A DNA stretch of 34,813 bases, taken from an uncultured Ignavibacteriales bacterium. Lineage in GTDB: Bacteria > Zixibacteria > MSB-5A5 > GN15 > FEB-12. A program made the position numbers and the translations under genes. The stretch lies in contig CAZXRO010000001.1 in NCBI GenBank assembly GCA_964642435.1, positions 12,268 through 47,080 of the forward strand, written 5' to 3'. The notes beneath the pieces are model-generated. The model ran no database searches and was not told where the DNA came from. It was given only the letters and a program-made list of their open reading frames with translations. Shown in pieces: positions 8,769 through 16,667 of the stretch (the first letter of the stretch is position 1; each line of letters opens with the position of its first letter).

Positions 8769-9347
8769 ATGGAACACAAATTACCGGATCTGCCCTTTGA
8801 CAAGAAGGCGCTTGAGCCTCACATTTCGGCTGAGACGTTTGAGTTTCACCATGGCAAGCATCACCAGGCGTATGTGAGCAAGCTCAATGGGATGATCGGG
8901 GGCACGGAGTTTGAGGATGCCTCGCTGGAGGAGATTATCAAGAAGGCTGATGGCGGCATATTCAACAACGGCGCCCAGGTGTTCAATCATACGTTCTTCT
9001 GGAATTGCCTGAGTCCCGATGGTGGTGGCAAGCCGACCGGTGCACTGGCGGAGGCTATCGAGAAGAAGTGGGGATCATTTGAGAAGTTCAAGGAGGACTT
9101 TGCCAATACCGCGGCGGGGCTGTTTGGTTCGGGCTGGACGTGGCTGGTGAAGTCCGGCGATGGTTCGCTTGAGATCGTCCCGATGGGCAACGCGGGCAAC
9201 CCGATTCGCGATGGTAAGACGCCTCTGCTGACACTGGATGTGTGGGAGCATGCGTATTATATTGACTATCGCAATGCGCGCCCGAAGTTTGTCGATGCTT
9301 TTTGGAATGTGGTCAACTGGGATTTTGTGAGTAAGAATTTCGGATAG
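8769..9347 (+). CDS. sodB: Iron/manganese superoxide dismutase (Fe-type by sequence feel)
   Basis: [32 protein letters not shown]...[14 protein letters not shown]...[16 protein letters not shown] shows canonical Fe/Mn-SOD ligands and motifs. An extended -10 element TGATACAAT lies upstream. Confidence 0.95.
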   Translation: MEHKLPDLPFDKKALEPHISAETFEFHHGKHHQAYVSKLNGMIGGTEFEDASLEEIIKKADGGIFNNGAQVFNHTFFWNCLSPDGGGKPTGALAEAIEKKWGSFEKFKEDFANTAAGLFGSGWTWLVKSGDGSLEIVPMGNAGNPIRDGKTPLLTLDVWEHAYYIDYRNARPKFVDAFWNVVNWDFVSKNFG

Positions 9348-9404
9348 ATGGCCAGAGCGCAGGCGGCATCGGAGAAGCTGCCTGTGACAGCAAGGACGCT
9401 ATGG

Positions 9405-9438
9405 GAGCCGGTCTGAGAGGGTCGGCTCTCTTTGTTTG
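9405..9438 (+). terminator. Rho-independent terminator after sodB
   Basis: GAGCCGG (9405-9411) pairs with TCGGCTC (9422-9428), including one G.U pair, followed by TCTTTGTTTG. Confidence 0.6.
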
Positions 9439-9455
9439 TGCAGGAGGTCGACTGG

Positions 9456-11567
9456 TTATGGGTTCTGGGGCCGTGAGTACTGCTGCATGGTCTGCTGGAA
9501 GAGTTGATTGGCGTAGGTTGCCTTGAAGCGGTTGACCTCGGTGCCGCGCTGATAGAACATGCCCGATTGCTGAAGCAAGCTCTGGTTCTGGGTCATGAGG
9601 GCGACAATCTGCATGGTTCGACCGGTCTGTATCTGGATGTAGTAGTCGGTCGGAAAGCGTTCGGCCAGAGCGATCATATGGTTGATTCCCTGCTGAAATC
9701 GGTTGGCTGCGAACAGGAGTTCGCCATAGAGAATACCGATTGCCTTGGAGTCCGGGTGCTGGTTATACAACGGTTCCAGGATGGCCATGGCGCTGTCGAG
9801 TTGTTTGGCGTGGTAATGCCGGACGGCGCGCTCATAAGCGGTCAATTCGTACTGGTCGGCCTGAGCGTTGCCGGTTTTTTCGGCAATTCGGATGATGTTG
9901 ACATCGTAATCGCGAATGTGATAGGTGGCGATTACCGGGGCTTGGGCCAGATGCGGATAGTCGTTGACGGCCAGTTGCCAGTTGGAGTTGTCAACCGCGA
10001 GGTGGGTGATCGGGTAACGCTCGAAGAGTGTGGAATCGACTTGGGCCACGCCGAACAGGTGGATAAACGCTTTGAGGTCGGTTTCCAGCACAAGCCCGGC
10101 GGCGTAGGGACCGGAGAGGACCGAGGCGGGGCCAATGATATTGGGCAGGTCGCGGCTGGCCTCGATAGTGTTGAGATTTTGGGTCATGAAGTGGGTGCGA
10201 CGGATACGGGCTGTATTGGTGACAGCGGACAGCAGCAGCAGCGCGGCCAGGGCGATCATGAAGGCTCGTGGCGGGACCGCCGGTTGTTTCTGGTTGACGA
10301 TTATGTGCAGTGCCCATACGGCGGCTATCGCTATCGGCAACGAGACCCAGACGACCGTGTTTGCGGGCGAGGGAAGCGTGTTGAAGAAGACCAGATTCAT
10401 GATCATGTGGAAGGCGAGCAGCCAGAAGGCCAGGCCGAGCACGATTCGCTCGGGCCAGCCGAGAACGGGCACCGGGCGGTGTTTGGTGTTGATCAGCAGG
10501 TGGTCGAACAGGGTGAAGGCCAGCGCAGCGATCATCGGCAGCATGAACAGTGTATACCGGATCGGTGAGTAGTTGAGGGGCATCAGCCCGAGAAAGATGA
10601 ATGCGGTGACAAACAGGGCCAGCCGGCTGGAGCGAGTGAGATTCGGCACGGAGCGCAGGCCGCGAGGGAGCAGAGTCAGCATAGCCAGTGAGGCTACGAG
10701 CATGGCGAAGGTATCGGGGTTCAGGTAGAACAGGCGGTTGTCGAAGCCATAGGAGATCAGGTGTTGCACGAAGCCCCAGGGCGAGCTGAGTCCCTCGGGG
10801 AAGCCGCGCAGGCCGTAGGATTGCTCACCCACATAGCCAAAGGCGGCGGTGAGATTGGTGCCATAGAGCGCGAAGGCCAGCGCCAACATGGCGATAACGA
10901 AGGAACCGCCGGCAATGAGAGTTTGCCGGACACGGGGACCTGATTTACCGAGCAGGATAGCGGCCAGGAGGCCGGGCAGCAATAACGCGCCGAAGAGCTT
11001 GCCCGTGAGCATGGCAATAGCGACCAAGACGCCGGAGAGGATAATACCCCAGGGGCGATCGCCCCACCAGCTATAGACCCAGAAGAGCAGTCCGGTGATC
11101 AACAGCAGGCCGTTTTCCAGGTACGACAGGCGGCCATAGGTATAGAGGGTGACACCAATCACGAAAGTGAACATGAGCGCGGCGCTGGTCCAGGCCCGGT
11201 GCTGACGAATGAGGCCGAGAGCGAAGAAGAAGGCACCGGCCAGGGTAAGCAGCAGACCGACCATATTGGACTGGCGCATATTGACTTTGGTAATCGCGAA
11301 CCAGGCCTGAGCAACGTATGAGGTCAGCGAGTGCTCATAGACAGTCCATCGTTGGTAATCAAACGGCGTGGGATCATCGAAGAGTTGGGCGTTGCGGGCA
11401 TGGTAGGTGTACTGGGCGGGATCAGTAGAGAGCGACTGGCCGAGCCCGGAGAAGTACATGGGCGGATCATAGGTTAGTCCCTGCTGCCAGAAAATGGCCC
11501 CGCCGATCAGGATGAGCATGGCCAGAGCGAAGAACACGGTGTTGTTGGTGCGAATGAAGCGTGGCAT
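9456..11567 (-). CDS. Polytopic membrane protein, GT-C-fold (PMT_2/ArnT-like) glycosyltransferase candidate with C-terminal TPR-like region
   Basis: At least 10 hydrophobic helices. The first periplasmic loop, STDPAQYTYHARN, resembles the GT-C DxxxY/R loop. The soluble C-terminal ~200 aa contains TPR-like helices (YERAVRHYHAKQLDSAMAILEPLY...). The ATG lies 3 nt after the selD stop. Confidence 0.65.
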   Translation of the reverse strand: MPRFIRTNNTVFFALAMLILIGGAIFWQQGLTYDPPMYFSGLGQSLSTDPAQYTYHARNAQLFDDPTPFDYQRWTVYEHSLTSYVAQAWFAITKVNMRQSNMVGLLLTLAGAFFFALGLIRQHRAWTSAALMFTFVIGVTLYTYGRLSYLENGLLLITGLLFWVYSWWGDRPWGIILSGVLVAIAMLTGKLFGALLLPGLLAAILLGKSGPRVRQTLIAGGSFVIAMLALAFALYGTNLTAAFGYVGEQSYGLRGFPEGLSSPWGFVQHLISYGFDNRLFYLNPDTFAMLVASLAMLTLLPRGLRSVPNLTRSSRLALFVTAFIFLGLMPLNYSPIRYTLFMLPMIAALAFTLFDHLLINTKHRPVPVLGWPERIVLGLAFWLLAFHMIMNLVFFNTLPSPANTVVWVSLPIAIAAVWALHIIVNQKQPAVPPRAFMIALAALLLLSAVTNTARIRRTHFMTQNLNTIEASRDLPNIIGPASVLSGPYAAGLVLETDLKAFIHLFGVAQVDSTLFERYPITHLAVDNSNWQLAVNDYPHLAQAPVIATYHIRDYDVNIIRIAEKTGNAQADQYELTAYERAVRHYHAKQLDSAMAILEPLYNQHPDSKAIGILYGELLFAANRFQQGINHMIALAERFPTDYYIQIQTGRTMQIVALMTQNQSLLQQSGMFYQRGTEVNRFKATYANQLFQQTMQQYSRPQNP

Positions 11568-11570
11568 GGT

Positions 11571-12626
11571 TTAGTCCACCATGACGACAATATCCACGCG
11601 TTCGAGAACCTCGCCGATTTGCACGGCTGGCAGCGAACGCGAGTTACAGGCGCTGATGAAGGAATCGGCCTGGTCAGCCGGCAGGGCGATGAGCAGGCCG
11701 CCGGAGGTCTGGGGGTCATAGAGGACCTTGTCGAGGTTGGGGTGGACGGAGTCGGCAACGCGGATGCGGCCGGTCATGAAATCGCGGTTGGCGTTGGCGC
11801 CGCCGGGGATCATGCCCAGCTCGGCCAGTTCCAGTGCATGCGGCAACAGTGGCAATGAGGCGGAGTCGATACGCACGGTAACACGTGAGCCCTCGGCCAT
11901 CTCATAGGCGTGTCCGGCCAGACCGTAGCCGGTGATATCGGTAGCGGCGTGGGCGTTGTGTTCGAGCATGAGTTCGGCAGCATCCTGGTTGAGCTGCGCC
12001 ATCTGGCGTGTGACCAGATTTTCGAGGTCAGCCTCTACCCTGCCCCGCTTAATGCCGGTAGTGATCAGGCCAGTACCGAGTGGCTTGGTGAGAAACAGGC
12101 GATCGCCCGGTTTGGCGCCGGAGTTGGTTACAATCTTGGCCGGGTGGATCACACCGGTGACGGCGACGCCGTACTTCAGCTCGCTGTCTTTGATAGAGTG
12201 ACCGCCGACGATTACGGCGCCGGATTCGATAATCTTATCCTGGCCGCCGCGGAGAATTTCCGTGAAGACGGAGTCTGCCATTTTGCCGGCGGGGAAGCCA
12301 ATAATATTGAGGGCCGTGATTGGCCTGCCGCCCATAGCGTAGACATCCGAGAGGGCATTGGCAGCGGCGATTTGTCCGAACCAGTAGGGGTCATCGACGA
12401 TCGGCGGAAAGAAATCGACTGTCTGTACCAGTGCGAGGTCATCGGAAATGCGATAGACGCCGGCATCATCGGCAGTATTTATCCCGACCAGCAGACTTTG
12501 GTGGCTGGGAACGGGCAGCGATGAAAGTGCCTGGGCCAAGAACTTTGGCGCAAGTTTGGAGGCTCACCCGGCGCAGCTCACCTCGGCGGTGAGCTTAATA
12601 GTGGCCTGTTTTCTCAGATCGTCCAT
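11571..12626 (-). CDS. selD: Selenide, water dikinase SelD, selenocysteine-containing (in-frame TGA at 12566..12564)
   Basis: The body matches SelD (LLVGINTADDAGVY...VDFFPPIVDDPYWFGQIAAANALSDVYAMGG). The tracked ORF starts at TTG 12539 and lacks the catalytic N-loop. Reading in frame from ATG 12626 gives MDDLRKQATIKLTAEVSCAG-U-ASKLAPKFLAQAL. The TGA aligns with E. coli Cys17 and Lys sits at +3, as in GAGCGCK. Confidence 0.88.
12529..12563 (-). promoter_or_regulatory. Candidate bacterial SECIS hairpin immediately 3' of the selD UGA
   Basis: mRNA GCCUCCAAACUU-GCGCCA-AAGU(UC)UUGG(CCC)AGGC forms roughly 12 bp with two 3'-side bulges and a 6-nt apical loop, starting at the codon after UGA. Folded by eye only. 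Confidence 0.45.
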
Positions 12627-12679
12627 GCGGCCAAGGTAAGCAAAAGCTCAGTGCAGTGCAACTGCTTGTATGTGGTCTC

Positions 12680-12708
12680 TTTACGATGGCAAGGCAAATG
12701 CGTATAAT
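12680..12708 (+). promoter_or_regulatory. Candidate sigma70-type promoter for the Cys-rich gene
   Basis: TTTACG (12680-12685), 17-nt spacer, TATAAT (12703-12708). Confidence 0.5.
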
Positions 12709-12715
12709 AGGATAG

Positions 12716-12732
12716 ACATTCATACTGAATGT
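12716..12732. promoter_or_regulatory. Perfect inverted repeat ACATTCA-tac-TGAATGT just downstream of the -10 (candidate operator)
   Basis: 7-bp arms with a 3-nt spacer, read directly from the sequence, positioned around the expected transcription start. Confidence 0.3.
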
Positions 12733-12763
12733 TGTTTGGTACCTTCCCGAGTGAGGATGCAAC

Positions 12764-13075
12764 ATGGCTGACGATGGATTACTGTGCTGGAATTGTGGCA
12801 AGCCGACCGGAATTGTCGATCGCGTGATGCGGAGTGATTCGTGTCCGAATTGCCTGGCTGATTTGCGGTGTTGTCGTGGGTGTCGTTTCTTTGACCCGTT
12901 TGCGCCACGACAGTGTCGGGAGCATATTGACCGACCGGTCCATCCCAAGGACAAGGCCAATTTGTGCGATTTCTTCCAGATGCGCCTGGCGGTGAAGGGT
13001 CCCGGCGGATTGCGCGGAGGAGGAGACAGCAAGGACGAGCGCAAGAAGCGTTTCGATGATCTATTTGAGGATTAG
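12764..13075 (+). CDS. Small cysteine-rich (zinc-ribbon-like) protein, function unknown
   Basis: 103 aa with CWNC...CPNC...CCRGC...C..H...C, followed by a Gly/charged tail. Divergent from selD. Confidence 0.6.
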   Translation: MADDGLLCWNCGKPTGIVDRVMRSDSCPNCLADLRCCRGCRFFDPFAPRQCREHIDRPVHPKDKANLCDFFQMRLAVKGPGGLRGGGDSKDERKKRFDDLFED

Positions 13076-13087
13076 CGCCTTTCAGTC

Positions 13088-13113
13088 GGGCCGGAAGGCA
13101 GGTCTTCCGGCCC
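13088..13113. terminator. Strong GC hairpin between convergent genes (terminator candidate without a U-tract)
   Basis: GGGCCGGAAG-gcaggt-CTTCCGGCCC is a 10-bp perfect stem. No T-run follows on either strand. Confidence 0.45.
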
Positions 13114-13125
13114 GTCAGGTATTGT

Positions 13126-14067
13126 CTACTTCAGGCCGAGCACCCACACGAATCCCAGCCACTGTAACCGCGAGTATTCCCAGCCGACGATTCCCACGAG
13201 TTTCTTGCGAACCATGCCGGCGACAATCGGTCCGTGGGCGGGATCATCGTATTCGAGAGAAAGCTCAGGTTCGGGGAAATTGAGCGTGTCCGGGGCGGGG
13301 CTGACGGTGCCCACCTCGCGGGCGTGATCCCTGAGCGTGATGAAGCTCTCGCCGGTGGTATCGAAAATCATGAAGAAGATGACGGTATCGCCATCGATAT
13401 CATAGAGAGTGCTGTAGGCTTCATCGAGTCCCTGGATATCCAGAAAGTCTCGCGGGTGATAGTGAGTGGAGCTGAGGATACGGTCCCTGTCGGGGAACAT
13501 CTTGATGAAGATGGGCAGCGGGTCGGTGTCCTCGATGTTGGCTTCGATTTCGCGGGCGAGGATGGACTGAGCGCCGAGGTCGTCGGCTTGCCGGGTTTCT
13601 GAGGAGATGGTGACGACGCAGTGATCTTTGATGAACCAGGTATGTGGTCCCTCGGCCCAGGAATCCTTGCCCAGACCAACCGGTGGTGAGGCGAGTGGTC
13701 GCTGGTGGGCGAAATAGCCGTAGGCATCGGGCACGGTAGCGAACTGGCTGATCTCGCTTGAGAGCGTATCATCCTCGACGGTATACGTCGCGCGCGTCTG
13801 GCCGACGAAGCTGTAATATCGCAGGATCTTCAGGCTATGGTCGAGCGCGGTATCTTTGGCTGTTTCTCTCGCGGTGACGGTCTTGAGCGGGTCAAGGCGT
13901 TTTAGTTCGTAGGTAGGGTTATCATCGGGCAGATACTGATCTGCGAAGTATGGCGTCTCGACCGGGGGTGGCAGTTGGTCGGCGTTATCGGTTTTTGGGG
14001 TGTCATCGGAACAGGCACTCAGCAGTGCCAGTGTAAGAAGCACAGGTAGTGGATAGAGTCGTTTCAT
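13126..14067 (-). CDS. Lipoprotein of unknown function
   Basis: MKRLYPLPVLLTLALLSAC has a signal peptide and lipobox. The ATG overlaps the stop of the upstream UbiA-family gene (ATGA). The longer 444-aa tracked ORF is an artefactual 5' extension through that gene. Confidence 0.75.
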   Translation of the reverse strand: MKRLYPLPVLLTLALLSACSDDTPKTDNADQLPPPVETPYFADQYLPDDNPTYELKRLDPLKTVTARETAKDTALDHSLKILRYYSFVGQTRATYTVEDDTLSSEISQFATVPDAYGYFAHQRPLASPPVGLGKDSWAEGPHTWFIKDHCVVTISSETRQADDLGAQSILAREIEANIEDTDPLPIFIKMFPDRDRILSSTHYHPRDFLDIQGLDEAYSTLYDIDGDTVIFFMIFDTTGESFITLRDHAREVGTVSPAPDTLNFPEPELSLEYDDPAHGPIVAGMVRKKLVGIVGWEYSRLQWLGFVWVLGLK

Positions 14068-14933
14068 AGTATATACAACACGATTACAACGGTTAGCAGC
14101 CACAGGCTGACATCGAGGAGGATGGGGCGATCGGTAATGAGCACGCGGGTAGGCGAGCCGCCTTTTTCCTCCTTGTGGATGAGATATAAGTAACGAAAGA
14201 TACCATAGAGAACGAACGGGATAGTAATGAACAGGTAGTCGGTGTTGAGCTTTTCGCGGACTTCGGCGGAGAAGGTATAGAGCATATAGACGACTACGAC
14301 GGAGGCGGTCACAATCCCGATGAGTTGGTCGAGCAGGTATGGGGAGTATTTGGAGAGAATGGTGCGGTGGGACGCGGCACCGTCGATATAAACCAGCTCG
14401 TGGCGGCGTTTTCCGAATCCGAGGAAGAGGGCCAGGAGCATAGTATTGATAATGAGCCATTTTGAGGCGGGGACCTCGATGGCCACGGCTCCGGCATAGG
14501 CTCGCAGGACGAAGCCGATGGCGATTGTCATGACATCGAGAATGACGATGTTCTTCAGTGAGAAGCTGTAGAGTACGTTCAGGGCAACGTAGGCAACGGC
14601 GAGATACAGCAGTGACCAGTTTATGAAGAAGGCCACGGCGAAGCCGACCCCCCAGAGAAGGAGAATCATCGCTATCGCGGTAGTTGGCGAGACCGTTTTG
14701 GCGGCGAGGGGGCGGTTTTTTTTGATGGGGTGAAGGCGATCGCGTCTTCGGTCAATCAGATCATTGAAGGTATAGACGCCGCTGGAGACAAGGCAGAAGA
14801 CGGCTACGGCGGCGAAGGCGACCCCGACCATCCGGACATGGGCCAGTTCCCCGGCGAAGACGAGAGCGGCCAAGACGACACCGTTCTTGAGCCAGTGGGT
14901 TGGTCGGGCCAGTTTTAGGATCGCGCGAAGCAT
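14064..14933 (-). CDS. UbiA-family prenyltransferase, decaprenyl-phosphate phosphoribosyltransferase (DPPR synthase)-like
   Basis: ARPTHWLKNGVVLAALVF, the Asp-rich motif NDLIDRRRDRLHPIKKNRPLA, about 8 TM helices and a second motif region KRRHEL. The pattern matches the Rv3806c-like subfamily as recalled. Confidence 0.85.
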   Translation of the reverse strand: MLRAILKLARPTHWLKNGVVLAALVFAGELAHVRMVGVAFAAVAVFCLVSSGVYTFNDLIDRRRDRLHPIKKNRPLAAKTVSPTTAIAMILLLWGVGFAVAFFINWSLLYLAVAYVALNVLYSFSLKNIVILDVMTIAIGFVLRAYAGAVAIEVPASKWLIINTMLLALFLGFGKRRHELVYIDGAASHRTILSKYSPYLLDQLIGIVTASVVVVYMLYTFSAEVREKLNTDYLFITIPFVLYGIFRYLYLIHKEEKGGSPTRVLITDRPILLDVSLWLLTVVIVLYIL

Positions 14934-15040
14934 CAGTATAACATAGGTCGGATGAGGCGTTAATTCAAGTGTATAAACGAGAGGGGCTCGAAGGTGAAGT
15001 TTTGTTTTTTTCTGAGGTCATTATCGACTATACTTGACGC

Positions 15041-15988
15041 ATGCCAGGATCTCGCCGACAGAAAGAGCGGCAGGCTCATTATTGCCTGCTGGTAAACACC
15101 GCCGCGACTCGATATTCCGCGGCGGCGGTGAAGCGATTGACGGACCGCATTCGTTCAGAGGGCAAGTACTTCTCGGTGCTGGAGCCGGAGACAGCTTTGG
15201 CGATGTCTGAAGAGGCCGAGAAGGTCGCGGGGTTGGCGCCGGGAGGCCAGAAGGCGTTACCGCAGTTCATTTCCCGTCGCGGCAAGGTGACAGCGCTGGT
15301 GGCCTGCGGCGGTGACGGCACTGTTAACCTGGTGGCACGGGCGGCGGCGCGGTCGGGTCTGCCGGTGGGGATCCTGCCGATGGGCCGATACAACAACATC
15401 GCCCGTTCGATCCTTGGGGCAGTTGACAATGAGCGAGCGATTGAGATCATCCTTAACCGTGAGTACACGAAGGTTGACTACGGCTTAGCTGCGGGGCTGC
15501 CGGTGTTTGGATCGCTGGGGCTGGGATTCGTGCCTGAGCTGGCGAAGGTTCTTGAGGGGCGCAAGCCTCCGCGGCTCGCCTGGGGTTGGAATCAGTTGGG
15601 AACGAAGGTAGCTGAAGCGACCGAGCGGCGCTCCTACTCAATCCAGCTTGACTCTTACCGGTTTGAGGTCACCTCGCGCATGTTCATGGTCAATCTGTTG
15701 CCACTGGTACTGGGGGTGAACCTGAGTCCGGTTTCACTGATGGATGACAAGCAGCTTGAGGTACAGTTCGATGTAATCGACTCACCGAAGATACTGGGCA
15801 ATTATCTGCGTTTGACCGCGCGAAGCCGTTATCTGTACCGCAGTGAGATCAGGCAGTACCGGGGCAGTCAGGTCACGATCTCCCCTGTCCAGGATCAAAC
15901 TATGTATCTCGATGGAGAGATACTCAACTTGCCGACGAACATCCTGGAGGTTCGGTTTCCCGATGAGCAGCTTCGCATCTTCCGTTAG
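15041..15988 (+). CDS. Diacylglycerol/lipid kinase catalytic-domain protein (YegS/BmrU-like)
   Basis: LVACGGDGTVNLVARAA...GILPMGRYNNIARS matches the DAGK_cat GGDGT and G(T/R).N motifs. Confidence 0.85.
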   Translation: MPGSRRQKERQAHYCLLVNTAATRYSAAAVKRLTDRIRSEGKYFSVLEPETALAMSEEAEKVAGLAPGGQKALPQFISRRGKVTALVACGGDGTVNLVARAAARSGLPVGILPMGRYNNIARSILGAVDNERAIEIILNREYTKVDYGLAAGLPVFGSLGLGFVPELAKVLEGRKPPRLAWGWNQLGTKVAEATERRSYSIQLDSYRFEVTSRMFMVNLLPLVLGVNLSPVSLMDDKQLEVQFDVIDSPKILGNYLRLTARSRYLYRSEIRQYRGSQVTISPVQDQTMYLDGEILNLPTNILEVRFPDEQLRIFR

Positions 15989-16661
15989 GATTATCCTGTG
16001 GGCAGCGTTGTGCGTACTGGCGTGCAGCGTGTGTGAGGTCGGGGCCTCTGCGGACGCCCCAGCGGATAGTTCTGATGTGGCGCCCTCGGCCGTGGTTGAC
16101 TCGCCGGTGGTTGTGGACAGTGCGGTAACGATCCCTGTTGTGGACAGTTCCGATGCCCTTCCTCCTTCAGCTGATACAATGCGTTTCGAATCGACGGTAC
16201 GTCTGGACAATGCGGCACCGGTGACGGACTCGACGAATTTTGAGTTGTACCGGCGACAGAATCCGACAGTGGCCCTGTTCAAGTCGATGGCGGTGCCCGG
16301 GTGGGGTCAGGCGGCCAATGGCAGGTATTACAAAGCAGTGTTGTTTTTCGGTATGGATGCGTTCTTCATTGCCTCGGCGCTGCATCACGGGAGCAAGGCT
16401 TCCGATTACCGCAGCCAGTACGAACAGGCGGAGCTTGTCGACACGCGCAACGCGTATTATGACTTGTACGAAGACAGCCGCTCCGACCGGAACAAGTTCA
16501 CATGGTATGCTGTCATAACAACGTTCATAGCCATGTTTGATGCTTATGTCGATGCACACCTGTCGGGGTTTCCGGCAGAGCGAGCGCCTGATCGCCTGAG
16601 TATTGAGATGGGGCCGACCCCGGAGGGTGAGACGCGGGTGTTGGTATCGTTCCGTTTCTAA
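15963..16661 (+). CDS. DUF5683-like membrane protein with signal peptide and Ser/Val/Asp-rich linker
   Basis: Start chosen at ATG 15963 (MSSFASSVRIILWAALCVLACSV). Core KSMAVPGWGQAANGRYYKAVLFFGMDAFFI...WYAVITTFIAMFDAYVDAHL resembles DUF5683. Overlaps the kinase gene by 26 nt. Confidence 0.65.
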   Translation: MSSFASSVRIILWAALCVLACSVCEVGASADAPADSSDVAPSAVVDSPVVVDSAVTIPVVDSSDALPPSADTMRFESTVRLDNAAPVTDSTNFELYRRQNPTVALFKSMAVPGWGQAANGRYYKAVLFFGMDAFFIASALHHGSKASDYRSQYEQAELVDTRNAYYDLYEDSRSDRNKFTWYAVITTFIAMFDAYVDAHLSGFPAERAPDRLSIEMGPTPEGETRVLVSFRF

Positions 16662-16667
16662 CGGGGA

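Noticed and set aside
9504-10568. 354-aa ORF antisense to the GT-C-like membrane protein (plus 10135..10572 and 9991..10317)
   Set aside because: G/D/V/R-rich translation typical of the reverse frame of a hydrophobic-protein gene. No start context and no motifs.
14068-14460. 5' extension of the lipoprotein ORF (the tracked 444-aa version)
   Set aside because: The extension runs through the UbiA-family gene in another frame and is R/P/H-rich. The internal ATG 14067 gives a textbook lipoprotein signal peptide and an ATGA overlap with the upstream stop.
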